Both the position numbers and the translations under genes were made by a program. The notes under the pieces were generated by a model. That model had not been told where the DNA came from. It ran no database searches and was given only the letters and a program-made list of their open reading frames with translations. Shown piece by piece: positions 35,298 to 48,274 of a stretch of 64,000 bases of DNA. Position 1 is the stretch's first letter. Each line of letters opens with the position of its first letter. The stretch covers positions 59,086,001-59,150,000 of the forward strand of contig NC_043013.1 of assembly GCF_006345805.1 (NCBI RefSeq), given 5' to 3'. This DNA is from Octopus sinensis. Lineage: Eukaryota.

Positions 35298-36194
35298 ATT
35301 TAATACTACTAGAAATATAATAAAAACCTTTAGTTATACTAAGACATTTTTACAATCTAAATCACAAAGTGACAAACTAATATTTTACAATTTACATTCA
35401 GATATAATAATTATAAATAATAATAATTAAATAATGTATGTATCTAAATTATCATTAACAAATAAAAAAAATTATATATATATATATATTATATTATATA
35501 TATATATATATATATAAAGGAAATGAAGAAAATGCTGACAAAATAATTTAAGTAAGGGAGAGTGGATTTAATTAGGTGAAAGTTCTTTTTACCGGTTGCG
35601 CATTTGTTATGCTTATCAAAAGATATTTTTTTAAGAGAGATAGCGTTCCTTTCTGATAGATATTTTTCTCTTCCTTTTTTTATATATCACAACTCGTGTT
35701 CCACATCTCCTTTTTTAAATATATATATATACACATATACATATATTATTCTTATAAATATCTTGTGTAACTGAAATATCTCAGAAATAGTATATTTTAT
35801 CTTAATTTTTTTTACATATTTATTTTCAAACTTACTTTCAGCAGTGCAGTACAAATTTTTGTGATATTTGAACCTCTATTTAAACGATGAAGCGCAATCT
35901 TTGTTATTTCTTGATGAAAAAAAAATACATGGCTTCCTTGACATCAACACACAAACACACATACAGAATGCACACACATATAATGAATGTTATGGCATGT
36001 CAATCAATACAAACACATGTCCGCTATCTGTGACATATACACACAGATTGTCTTTGCATTCTCTTAGGGAAAAAATGTTTACTTTTTGATGTATACAACA
36101 ATTTAATCATTTAGAAATATTTTTAACTGATTGTGATTTCATCATCTTGAGTTCGTTAACTTCCGTAAAAATTTTTTATTTATTTACTTTTGCT

Positions 36195-36487
36195 TTAAAG
36201 TGAAAGAAAGGAGAAAGTGAAAGATGTATGTATGTGTATATGAAATGGATGTGTGTGTGAAAGAGAGAGAGAGAGAGAGCAAGAAAGAACCAGAGAGAGA
36301 GAAAAAGAGAGACAGTGTGAATGAAGGGGTGCGTTGTCATTGTATGTGTGTGTGTGTGTGAGAGAGAGAGTGTAAGCGAATATGTGTGTTCTCATGTATG
36401 TGTAAGTGGCACACATTCTCTCTCTCTCTCACACACACACACATCCATTTCATATACATGTTCATACATCTTTCACTTTCACTTTAA
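36195..36487. mobile_element. MITE-like element with ~70-bp imperfect TIRs and TTAA at both ends (Kolobok- or piggyBac-like)
   Basis: TTAAAGTGAAAG...GAAAGATGTATG...TATGAAATGGATGTGTG versus CACACATCCATTTCATATAC...CATACATCTTTCACTTTCACTTTAA. Confidence 0.5.
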
Positions 36488-36559
36488 AACAAAAGTAACA
36501 GGTGATTTTCAGGAGAAAAATTGTTAAAAAAAAGCTTCTACTCATGTAAATTGATTACT

Positions 36560-36790
36560 TATTTCTTTATTACCCACAAGGGGCTAAACACAGAGGGGAC
36601 AAACAAGGACAGCCAATGGGATTAAGTCGATTATATCGACCCCGGTGTGTAACTAGTACTTATTTAATTGACCCCGAAAGGAAGAAAGGCAAAGTTGACC
36701 TCGACGGAAGTTGAACTCAGAACGCAACAGCAGACGAAATACGGCTAAGCATTTCGCCCGGTGTGTTAACAATTCTGCCAGCTCGCTTGA
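36560..36790 (-). mobile_element. SINE family A
   Basis: Closely matches 5365-5595. Confidence 0.7.
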
Positions 36791-37355
36791 TTACTATTGT
36801 TTGGATAGTTCCAATTAAATAAGTTCAGAAGTTAGGTTAAATAAATATATATATACATGCATAAGTACCGTGAATTCCCATTCTACAAACTGGCAAACAA
36901 CTCCATGAATACTTTACCGGGCAATGCTGTGTAGTAAGTCTAGTATACATATAAAAATGACTAGAAAATGGAGATATACTATTCATTTTTCTAAATTTAA
37001 TATATACTCATATGAATTGTAAGGTTTTTCTCTACAAAATTGGGTATTAAACATTGGAGCCAGTGAAAGATTGGGTGTTTTCATCCCTATTTTTCTTGTA
37101 TATATACATATATATATATGTATAATATATGAGAGGTGTTGGTACCCAGAAGACCCAAAGTGACAGGTAATACTATGTAAATGCTATGGAAGGACCATAG
37201 TTAAACTCTCAGTTCGATAATGATATGAGTTTGGAGTCTAATGCTGGTCTTGTATGAGCATGTATAGGTTAAATAAAATGAGACAACAAAGGCAAGGCTG
37301 TGTGGAGTTTTCAGGACCTTTATAAATAGAAAGTTAGTCTTAACCATCACACATC

Positions 37356-37403
37356 GTCTCTGATGAAGGGATATCCCTAATATCTCAGAAACAGCTGTAA
37401 GAC
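37356..37403 (+). ncRNA. Minimal type I hammerhead ribozyme candidate (PLE type)
   Basis: GTCT-CTGATGA-A-GGGATA/TATCTC-A-GAA-ACAGCTGT-A-AGAC. Helix I is 4 bp, helix II is 6 bp, helix III is palindromic, and the GUA cleavage site falls after 37399. Confidence 0.7.
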
Positions 37404-37492
37404 TAACTTTCTCTTTATAAATTTCCTGAAAACTCCACACAGCCTTGGCTTTGTTGTCACATTTTATTTAACATATATGTATAATGTGTGTC

Positions 37493-37565
<73 letters not shown>

Positions 37566-37637
37566 CATACACACACATATACACCACAAACACACACACA
37601 TATATATACATATATATATATATGTATACATACATAC

Positions 37638-37668
<31 letters not shown>

Positions 37669-38040
37669 TATGTATTTATATATGTATCTGGTTTTGTTTT
37701 TATCCCTACCATTATTGTTTTTACGTTTTTGTATTCTTATTCGTGCTTTCCTTATTGTTTTCACGTATTTTTGTATTTTTATTCGTGTACATCGTCCGTT
37801 TTCCGTCCTTGTGTTGTATACATTCGAGGCTTTCTTCCAAGGGATCTAATGCGCTTGGCTTAGATTTCCCTTGGTGGCTGCCCAGGTCGGAGCAATCTCA
37901 AGATTAATCAGCCGAAATTGCGAAGATGATCCGGTTCTTGACTGATGACTGAGGGCTTCGAATGTCCCGTCCTGTGGTTCTTGTGTCGTCTTCTAGGTGT
38001 TTCACGTTCTTGTCCCAGTTTGTATATATTTTTTACTTTT

Positions 38041-38091
<51 letters not shown>

Positions 38092-38975
38092 GGTATGTAA
38101 GGTATTTGAGGACATACCTTTTTTGGGCCATTGCCTGCAAAAAGAAAATGACACTCTCCAGATACAACAGAATATATATGTATGCATATATATATATATA
38201 CAAGCTGTAATGGAGAGATGTAGAACACCTTTCATTGTATATTCTGCCTGATCAGGGATAATTTAAAAGCTAAAACAACAATGACAGCAACAATTATAAA
38301 CCTCTTTAAATATGTGTTGGTTTTCATATCAACAGTGGAAGACCAAGAAACGGATCAACATTAATAATCCCAAACTCCATCCCACTTGCCATGAGGTGCC
38401 ATTAGAAGAAGGAGGCGAACAAAAGACGGACAATCAATCTCAATCACATATGTTGCAACTTCTATAAAAGAAGAAAAATAATAAATCAATTAAGTGATTG
38501 CAACAGAGTTTTATGTTTTTTTTTTCTTTCTCTTTATTACTTAGTTTCGGGAGGGGAGGGAAAACAGAGCTGAGTCAAATTGGCTGGTGAGTGTGAACGT
38601 CCTTGATGTTTAAATCAAATTATGTGGGTTGATGCCGACGGACTGAGAGGAGGTGACAGTGGCTGGTTCTTAACAGGAACAAATTGAACAAAGAGTTTTT
38701 TAGTAATGGTTTAGTGAAGTGAGTCATACTTTGTAAAAAAAATGACAGAGAGATAAAGTGAGAGAGAGAGAGAGGTGAGAGTGAGTGAAAGAGAGAGAGA
38801 GAGAGAGAGAGAAGAGGAGGGTAAGAGCGTTTACTCTTCAGCCTTCATATTACTCTGTCAAATGTAATACTTATTTGTTCACATTTATATTAGACATGCA
38901 CTTCTTTGTAGCTTTGAGAGTTCAAGTACATGATTGTTTATTTCTAAAATAACATTATAGTATAAGTGTGACGGT

Positions 38976-39070
38976 GGAGGTGCAATGGCCTAGTGGTTAG
39001 GGCAGTGGACTCGCGGTTGGAGGATCGCAGTTTCGATTCCCAGACCGGGCATTGTGTGTGTGTTTATTGA
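38976..39070 (+). mobile_element. tRNA-like head of SINE family C
   Basis: A-box TGGCCTAGTGG and B-box GTTTCGATTCC. It matches the head of 59770-60167 and continues into SINE body, with no tRNA acceptor stem. Confidence 0.7.
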
Positions 39071-39227
39071 TGCACCAGAATTTTGTATGGTGTTGTCCAT
39101 AAAAATCCGTGGGGTGATTATAATCAAAATAAGCAACAAGAATGACTCCGGTAATTTGGTACAATCGTTTCGTACTACATCATTTTATTAAATGTTGTAA
39201 GTATTTCCATTAATGGAAAACCTCTAT

Positions 39228-39318
39228 AATTGGCTGATGAGTACTCAGCATCTTAAATCTGTTGTAATACTTACAACATTTTATAAAATGATGTAGTACG
39301 AAACGATCGTACCAAATT
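39228..39318 (+). ncRNA. Type I hammerhead ribozyme candidate with a fully canonical core
   Basis: AATTGG-CTGATGA-GTAC...GTAC-GAA-ACGATCGT-A-CCAAATT. Has G10.1-C11.1, palindromic helix III and a GUA site after 39311. Confidence 0.75.
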
Positions 39319-40771
39319 ACCAGAGACATATATATATATATGTATATACTAACAGAGATACCCGGAATTCTGTGTGTTGGATGCAATTGAAGAATTAGAC
39401 TTTTCTGTTATATTTTCTGTAATGAACTGGAATATCTATGTTTCGAATTTCATCAAAATTGCAGATGAGGGTTCTTTCCTTCTGTACACACCCTAAAAGA
39501 ATTGTAATCGTGCCACATGTATTGCATACTACTGATTTTTATGCACATATTCCAAAATTCCAGTGTTATAGAACCTGTTAAAAGGCTTTTGCTTCTGAAA
39601 AATGGAGGTCATAGAGCTCTAAAATGTGAGAGTTAAGGCCCCTATTGGAGGTGGGTGTCTTAATGTCAACCAGAGAAGTTGAATTGTTGAGAATCTTTTT
39701 AACTTGGGTCTTATATTTATTGTTTGAATTTCTTTGAAATAGGAAATATATGTTCACTGGGTTTGTAAAAGAGAGCAAAGCTACAGGAAATCAAAAGACG
39801 AATGATCACAATAAGCAGTCAGCTACCCTACCCTAGTCGTTACCACTCCCAGTGTAGGATTCCTCACCATCCAGGTGATAGGCACAGCCATAAGATGCAT
39901 CACAAATCTATAGCAATTGGAAGGGCGTGACCCAACTCAAATAAACATTAAGAACTATGTGACATGAGGGCTAAGGAGAAATGAAAGTGTCACCTCTGGA
40001 GTTTGCAAATGACCACTATACTGATACATAACTGAACAGAATAAATTTACAATCTATAAATGTCTTTGAATAACCAGTCACTCATCTGGGAAGGCCTTGA
40101 AATCAACGTTACTATCTGGGGACTATGTGTGATCCAGTGATAATAAAAAGACTGAAAGGAGGTCTGCAACCAAATAACTTTACTCAACACTTTGCAACTG
40201 AATCAGTGGAGGGAAAGATGCCTTTCCTTTACTTGACAATTTATGCACCACATTGCAAAAATCACAATCTAAGTATATGTCAAAGCAAACTCTTATACTG
40301 TTGTACCATTGAATTACAAATAATGCTCATCTTTTATGCTCAGGTGACCCTACAGCTTCCAAGAGTACAACTGTATTCGTCTTTGCTTAAATAAAATGAC
40401 TAAATTGTGGATGTTAAGTCCCCACAGAGGGGTCTTTCTAACTTCTAAGAAGATGAAATTTTATAAATATCACTTCATTTGTGTCTAATATCTAAGGGCA
40501 TTTTCCTTGTTTCTGCCTGTTTCTGTCTCTCTTGTTTACTTCGTGGGTTCGAGGTCGTTGTGAAACTAGGGAGACAGAGACAGACAGAAACAAGGAAAAT
40601 GCCACTTGTATTTGAGCTCTATGCAAATATTCTTTTAAAAAACTTTTCTTTTAATTTTCCCAAAATTTAATTGTTTTCCATATTTACAGATGAAAAAGTT
40701 TTAATGACTGAAACCAGTACTGAAATGTCTTTTATAAAATTATTTTAGCATTTTCTACCATGACTTTTTTG

Positions 40772-40809
<38 letters not shown>

Positions 40810-40969
40810 TTATAAATAAGGATAATATCGATATTTAAATATCGATATTATTAAGTGGCCAGCATGGGAAAAAATACAGTACAAAGGTAATAATTTAACG
40901 TGGTTTTTAAAGTCAGGGTTTTGACTGCTATTTTGGCATGGTGGTGTCTCTCAGACACCCTTATTTTTA

Positions 40970-41008
<39 letters not shown>

Positions 41009-41164
41009 GTATGTATGTATGTATGTATGTAAACATATATATATATGTATATACATATATAAATATATATATGCATGTGTATATATATATATAGAGAGAG
41101 AGAGAAAGAGAGATAGATATATATAGATATATATATACACACACACACATACACATATGTACAT

Positions 41165-41385
41165 GTGACATCATGGTTGTAAATGAGCATCACTGTCATA
41201 CAAGCAGTGTTGTTTATTTGCAGTCTTCTGTGGTAAACATATCTGGCAATGGGGAAATATAACCTTGCTTGAGAAGTAGACGATGGTTGGTGACATGAAG
41301 GGCATCTGAGCATAGAAAATCTGCCTCAATGAATTGCATCTGGCTGATACAAGCATGGAAAAGTGGACGTTAAATGATGATGATG
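41165..41385 (+). mobile_element. SINE-like element with RTE-type (GAT)n tail
   Basis: GGTTGGTGACATGAAGGGCATC...CATGGAAAAGTGGACGTTAAATGATGAT. A related fragment lies at ~23520-23710. Confidence 0.55.
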
Positions 41386-41789
41386 ACAGTGATGTAACCT
41401 TCAAACCTAGTCTTGTCACCAGTATGCTGTCAGTGTTGCTAACCATTCAACCTCCAAACACAAAATATTTCATTAAAGTAGGAGAAACATAGTTACTCTC
41501 TGTTGCAAGTTGGCTCAACTTTCTGAAGCTGAATGTGTATTATTTATATATCTGAATGTGCATTTAATTCTTGTCTGTTCATGCAAGCTAGGTCTTAAAC
41601 ATAGTCACACTTGTAAACCTTTGTTAGTAAACAGAAACTTACTCATGTAGGCCATAATTAAATCATGTAATAATTATATTTAGCTGCTTTCAGTAGTGAT
41701 TTTGTGCAAAAGATGTAAAGCTTGTTTCAGACGTAGCTAATGTGTTAAAAAAATAAACATGAAAAAAAAAATGAATAAAATAAAAATAC

Positions 41790-42208
41790 AGGCGTAGGAG
41801 TGGCTGTGTGGTAAGTAGCTTGTTTACCAACCACATGGTTCCGGGTTCAGTCCCACTGCGTGGCACCTTGGGCAAGTGTCTTCTACTATAGCCTCGGGCC
41901 AACCAAAGCCTTGTGAGTGGATTTGGTAGACGGAAACTGAAAGAAGCCTGTCGTATATATGTATATATATATATATATATGCGTGTGTGTTTGTGTGTCT
42001 GTGTTTGTCCCCCTAGCATTGCTTGACAACCGACGCTGGTGTGTTTATGTCTCTGTTACTTAGCGGTTCGGCAAAAGAGACCGATAGAATAAGTACTGGG
42101 CTTACAAAAGAATAAGTCCCGGGGTCAAGTTGCTCGATTAAAGGCGGTGCTCCAGCATGGCCGCAGTCAAATGACTGAAACAAGTAAAAGAGAAAAGAGA
42201 AAAGAGAA
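41790..42208 (+). mobile_element. Full-length SINE family B with ~33-bp TSD
   Basis: Head GGCGTAGGAGTGGCTG and tail (GAGAAAA)n. The duplicated target lies at 41759-41792 and 42209-42241. Confidence 0.85.
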
Positions 42209-42664
42209 ATGAAAAAAAAATGATTAAAATAAAAATACAGGTGCAGATGTGGCTGAAGTTTGCTGATGAAAAAAAATTTACTTTCCAACCATATCGTTTC
42301 AGGTTCAATCTCACTAAGTGTTTTCTACTATAATCCTGGACTGACTAAAACCTTGTGAGTTGATATGGTAACCAGAAACTGAAAGAAGCCCATTATGTGT
42401 GTGTGTGTGTGTGCATGTGTTTGCATGTGTGTTTGTCCCCCCCACCCCACCACTGCTTGACTACTGGTACTGGTGTCTTTATGTCCCTGTAATCTAGCGG
42501 TTCAGCAAAAGTGACCAATAGAATAAGGATCAGGATTTACAAAAAAATAGAAATAAAATAAGTTCTGGTGTTGATTTGTTCGACTAAAATTCTTCAAGGT
42601 GATGCCACAGCATTGTCATGTCTCCTTCTCTCAATTGTTTATGAACTGGATTGACATGTGCAGC

Positions 42665-42862
42665 CATTACTCTTTTACTCTTTTACTTGTTTCAGTCATT
42701 TGACTGTGGCCATGCTAGAGCACCGCCTTTAGTCATGCAAATTGACCCAAGGACTTATTTTTATTCTATCGGTCTCTTTTGCCGAACCGCTAAGTTACGG
42801 GGACATAAACACACCAGCATTAGTTGTCAAGCGATGTTGGGGGGACAAACACAGACACACAA

Positions 42863-42911
<49 letters not shown>

Positions 42912-43082
42912 CATATATACGACGGGCTTCTTTCAATTTCCGTCTACCAAATCCACTCACAAGGCTTTGGTTGGCCTGAGGCTATTGTAGAAGACACTTT
43001 CCCAAGGTGCCATGCAGTGGGACTGAACCTGAAACCATGTGGTTGGTAAGCAAGCTACTTACCACACAGCCACTCCTACGCC
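42665..43082 (-). mobile_element. Full-length SINE family B
   Basis: Reverse complement of the 41790 element. Confidence 0.8.
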
Positions 43083-43089
43083 TACGCCA

Positions 43090-43960
43090 TTGTGGAAGTG
43101 GTATCACAATCGATGGGTGAAGGATCAGTTGGCTGATATTTGCAGATGACATTGTGCTATTTGGCTCACCAGATGGTGATCTTTGGAATCCACTGAATGG
43201 ACTCACTGCTGAGTGTTGCAAAGCAGGTGTAAGAATTAGTGTCATGAAGACCGAGAATTTGGTCCTCTTCAGAAAGTTGTTCCAGTGTACTCCACATGTT
43301 AGTGGAACATTACTGAGAGAATTGGACAAGTTTAAGAATCTTGGGGCTGTATTCATAAGTGGTGGGAAGCAGGTGGAAAAATTGGATGCTGAAATTGCAG
43401 GTGTTGACTCAGTAATGCACTAGCCCAAGCATTTCTTCCTCAGAAGAGGAATGGTTGGCAAAAAAGTCAAACTCACAAACTTCGGTTCAGTTTCCATGCC
43501 TTTCCTTACATATGGTCATAAATGACTGAAAAGTAATGACTGAAAAGTACAATCTTGAATACAGGGGCCAAAATGGTGTCCTGCAAAGGATCTCTGGAGA
43601 AATGCTACTCGACAAGGGGCAAAGCTTAAAGATCAGGGAGTCTCTTCAAGTTGAGCTGCTACTTCTCAGGGTTGAGAGCTCACAATTCTTGTACAATAGA
43701 CATGCAATTAGAATGTCACAGGAAAGTATCACAAGATGGATTCTTGAAACCGAGCCAACTGGCAGGAGATTTTGAGAGCAGACCAATAACAAGACAGTTG
43801 GATAATATTCACAGTCTCTGCTGGTCATGCTTGGAAATTCAGCCAGAAAGTGTAATAAGAGTTGCTTTTGACAAAACCTCACGGGGAAGATGCCTGAGGA
43901 CTCTGCTCCAATGGCTCTCCCTGGAACAGAGGCTAGAGAAGATATGGATGGGTGGAATTA
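43090..43960 (+). pseudogene. Decayed RTE-clade LINE fragment (RT C-terminal half), a different lineage from 6511 and 29030
   Basis: RISWLIFADDIVLF (FADD motif)...GVRISVMKTE...FKNLGAVF...EPTGRR, with stops and frameshifts. Confidence 0.65.
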
Positions 43961-44499
43961 CAGTTATTTAGTGACACTTTCATTACTAGTTCAGTAATTA
44001 TGTTTAAGCTTATGCCTGACTGATGAGGTCTAAAGAAAACTTAAACGTTTCTAGAATAGTCTCTCATACTTATCATATTAATTAAAATTAGCTTTGTAAC
44101 TGTTTAATTGATGCAAGATTAAATATGTTGACATCAATCTCGCTATTATGTTTTTATGGAAGAATAAATGAAGAAGAGGGAAAGAGAGCGAGACAGAGAG
44201 ATGGGGCAGTTACATTAAACCAGAGGAGTTGGAGTTAGTAATAGTGATTTTATATAAGATCATATGTTGAACTGAGTTTACTGTACACAAAAAAATATAA
44301 TAATGGTGTCTGTTACATTAAAAAGATATTTCTGGGTGGTTGGGGTAGCAGTATTGACTTTATTCATGAGGTATTTATTTCTAAAGGTTTATGGTATCAG
44401 AAATACAATGCAGTGAGTACACAATATTTGTGGGACATTGTGTAGGAGGTTATTGTGTTACAGAGACATGGTACAGGGTGTCGATAAGTATTAGATGGA

Positions 44500-47400
44500 T
44501 GTTGTTTAGCTTCAGGTCAAACCTTTATGCATAGACATAGATCTGAAGGTATTTAGTGACTGTTCTTTCTGACTGAGTACGTATGTGTATGTGTACGTAC
44601 AAAGTTGATAGTCATGTCTGTGCTGATATAGTAATTATACTGTGATACTGAATGGATGTTATAACGATCCAACCTTTTGAGGATAACAACACTGTACGAC
44701 TGGGGGTAGTACAGTGCCAGGTAGAACCATTCTATTGACGAATTCGGAATATAACAATATCTGTCAGAGTGACATCTGTCATCAAAGGATAGATGCCATA
44801 GTGGCAAAAGAACGCTTCACAACAGTGGCGATGAGGAAAAACAAATTTATGTGGAATAAAAAAAAATAGGAGTGGCTGTGTGGTAAGTAGCTTACTAACC
44901 AACCACATGGTTCCGGGTTCAGTCCCACTGCGTGGCATCATGGGCAAGTGTCTTCTGCTATAGCCCCGGGCCGACCAATGCCTTGTGAGTGGATTTGGTA
45001 GACGGAAACTGAAAGAAGCCAGTCGTGTATATATATATATGTGTGTGTGTTTGTGTGTGTCTGTGTTTGTCCCCCTAACATTGCTTGACAACCGATGCTG
45101 GTGTGTTTACGTCCCCGTCACTTAGAGGTTCGGCAAAAAAGACCGATAGAATAAGTACTGGGCTTACAAAGAATAAGTCCCGGGGTCAATCTGCTTGACT
45201 AAAGGCGGTGCTCCAGCATGGCCGCAGCCAAATGACTGAAACGAATAAAAGAGTAAAAAAAAAAGAGTATTCATTCAGAGAGTTTAAACTAATTCATGTG
45301 GAAAGTTAAATACCTTGACAAAAAAGAAACAAAAATCTTGATGTGCAAACTTACGAAAATTGTAAAAAGACTTGTTAGCTGGGATAGTTGAATTGCAAAA
45401 ACAACAACAGCAACAACTCAAGGAACAACAAGAACAACGACAAGGATTGCATCGGCAAATGTTACACCTAATGAAATTGATAACCAATCCAGGGAATATA
45501 TTTTCACCTGACCATGTAGCAAATTTCATAAGTGAATTCAAATATGATCCCGAAAAAGCAACAACCTTCAAGGCTTACTTTTGAAAAAGAATGTAAAGAT
45601 TGGATGGACGAAATGAGAATGTGTCTAGTTTTAAGAAAACTAGCAGCAGCAGAGTATAGGAAGTATAGTAATGTCATATTACCAAAAAAAAAAGAAAAAA
45701 AAAAGCTTCCAACAAATTTCACTGGCACAATTGACATTTTGTGCAAAATGTTTAGTGAAAAGAACTCCCTATTTAATACTTGATGGAATATAGAAAGAAG
45801 CAAAGATGAAGACTTCACTACTTTTACAGGCAGAGTCAACAAAGAACATGAGAGATTTAGGTTAGATGTGCTTACTCCAGATTCTTTCAAGTGTTTGATT
45901 TTTGCACAAGGATTAATAGAAAGAAGGGATGCAAAAATCCGAATGGATATTCTATCAATACTGGAAATGAACCAGGATTTGACATTGCACAAACTTTTGG
46001 AAGAGTGTGACAGGATATTAAAACTAAGGCATGACATGAAAGAAATTCAATGGAAAGTGTATTTCCACATATGACCACTGCAAAAAAATTGGAAGACAAA
46101 TAAAGCTTTGCAGAAAAAAACAGAAAAAATATCGGGATGTAGACCCATGTATGACATGTAGTGGGATACACCTGAAAAGGGATTGTCTGTATAAAAGAAA
46201 GCGAAGTGCTTTTGCTGTGGGTTTACAGTATATATAAAATCGCACTGCAAAACTAGAACGATGGGAAAATGGAAAAAATAAGAAAAAATAAGTAGGTTGT
46301 CAGCAGGAAAAGTTATGATCACAACAAACAGAAAATTCATGAATGTGAGAATTGAAATTACTCGTGTCAGAATGCAATTTGACACAGGAAGTGATATAAT
46401 AATCATGAATGGGAAGACATGGGAACAAATAGGTAGACCAAAATTATGTAGTTCAAGCAAAATATAGTACTGTTGTTATGAGAAGAAAATTATATTTCAT
46501 GTGTGAGTGCATTTCTAATATAATGTTCAAAAGTCGAACCAAAAAAGTGAATGTTTATGTGTTGAAAAAAATCCATAAATTTATTTGGAGAAATTTAATT
46601 TATGGGATTCATCCATAACATAAATAGAGCAGTCAAATGACTGAACAAGGTCCATGAACTGAAACAAAAAATGAAACTTTTCTTTTTCAAAAGATTTTTC
46701 GGAAGGCTTAGGCTGATGCACAAAAACAAAAGCAAGGATTGCTATCAATGAAAATTCAACACCTGTTACTTAATAGTAGTGGACAGCTACACAAAATGGC
46801 CTGAGATCACAAGGTGTAAACAACCCACCTCATATACAGTAATAAGCTTCTTATATGAGCTGTTCACAAGATTTGGTGTACTGGATATAATTGTTTCTGA
46901 TTACGGAACATAATTTGTATCCTGTGAGTTTAAAAGATTCTGCAAGACATTTATGTTAGAACATAAAACAATAGCACCGTATCACCTAAGATTGAATGGA
47001 AGGGCTGAATGGTACAGAGAGCTTTAAAGAAAGCTTATAAGGAAGTCACAGACGAGGTCATGATCCAACAATTCTTAAGGGTATACAGGGTAACTCCGAA
47101 CCCAAATGTGCCATAAGGAAGATCACCAGCAGAATTAATGTTTGCTAGAAAGGTGAAGTCAGTATTTGATAAACTGTTATCAGTGAAGAAAAAAATATGT
47201 GCTAGTAAAGACATGCCAAAATTCTTTAAAATTGGGGATAAAGTATATATAAGAGTGTACAAAAATGGCAAGCAATACTAGGAAGAAGAAGAATTTGTAA
47301 CATACATAGGAAGAATGATGTATGGTGTAAGAAGCAGAAATGGAATGGAAAGGAGACATAGAAATCAGTTTAAAGAAAGAGTCATAGAAAAGGAACCAAC

Positions 47401-47928
47401 AAGAGTAGAAATACTGATGCATTGGCTATAGGACATTTTTTAGGTTCCAACACTGTTACAAGAAGTCGAAACCACATGTACAAGGAAAAGGAAGGACACT
47501 GAATTTCTAAAAGTAGACCCTAAGAAGAAAAGATATTGAGTATATAAAAAAGAAAATGGAAGTAGGGTGAATAAAAGAAATTGATTGTTAAATAGAAAAA
47601 TTAAAAGGGGAGATGTTGTATTGTGAAACTCTAATAGACCAGTAACTGGTCAAGAGGAGAAGGTGAAGAAGGCCAAACGGTCAAAAGTATATGTAGACTG
47701 TGTTGATAGACATGTCTGGGTTGATATAGTAAGCATGCTGTGATACTGAGTGGATGTTATGATCCAACCATTTGAGGATAATAGCACTGTATGACTGGGG
47801 TGGTGGGGAGGTCGTACAGTGCCAGACAGAACCGTTTTATCAACAACTTTGGAATATAATTATCTGTCAGAGTGACAACCCGTCATCATAAGATAGATAC
47901 AACAGTGGCAAAAGTCTGCTTTACAACA
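44500..47928 (+). mobile_element. Ty3/Gypsy LTR retrotransposon, internally deleted (gag, protease and integrase core; RT/RNase H missing)
   Basis: 5' LTR ~44500-44824 followed by PBS-like GTGGCGATGAGG. Gag starts at ~45341 with a degenerate zinc knuckle; protease has DTGS; integrase has IVVDSYTKWPE...APYH...NG. PPT at 47603-47613 and 3' LTR at 47614-47928 (TGTTGTA...TACAACA). Confidence 0.85.
44866..45265 (+). mobile_element. SINE family B inserted in the Gypsy leader
   Basis: Family B head and tail immediately downstream of the PBS. Confidence 0.8.
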
Positions 47929-48274
47929 GGTGTATATATACATATCTATGTACGCACACACACACACACACACGCACACACACACACCACACACACACAC
48001 ACACATACACACATAGAAACAAACACATACACATTGTGGACTCTCTCATTGAAGTGTCCAGGTTTTGCTGAATGACCATCACAGATGATTTGTGTATCAT
48101 GATCAAATATATGCACTGTACCAAATCGGTGTGGGCTGAACAGAGGCATGGTGTAACAAAGTGATCACAGAGCAACATGAGATGAAGTGATTTGCTCCAC
48201 GCAGTTTAAGAATTGAAACATGATCTTGTAATTGTGAGTACAACGCCCTAACCACTAGGCCATATGTCCTACTC

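Noticed and set aside
37930-37975. CTGATGA...CGAATGTC in an unclassified repeat (~37690-38040)
   Set aside because: It lacks GAAA and consistent helices I and II, so I could not build a hammerhead.
38976-39050. Functional tRNA gene
   Set aside because: No acceptor-stem pairing, and it continues into SINE body sequence identical in type to 59770-60167.
40822-40851. Perfect 30-bp palindrome ATAATATCGATATTTAAATATCGATATTAT
   Set aside because: Short, very AT-rich and isolated, with no associated element features.
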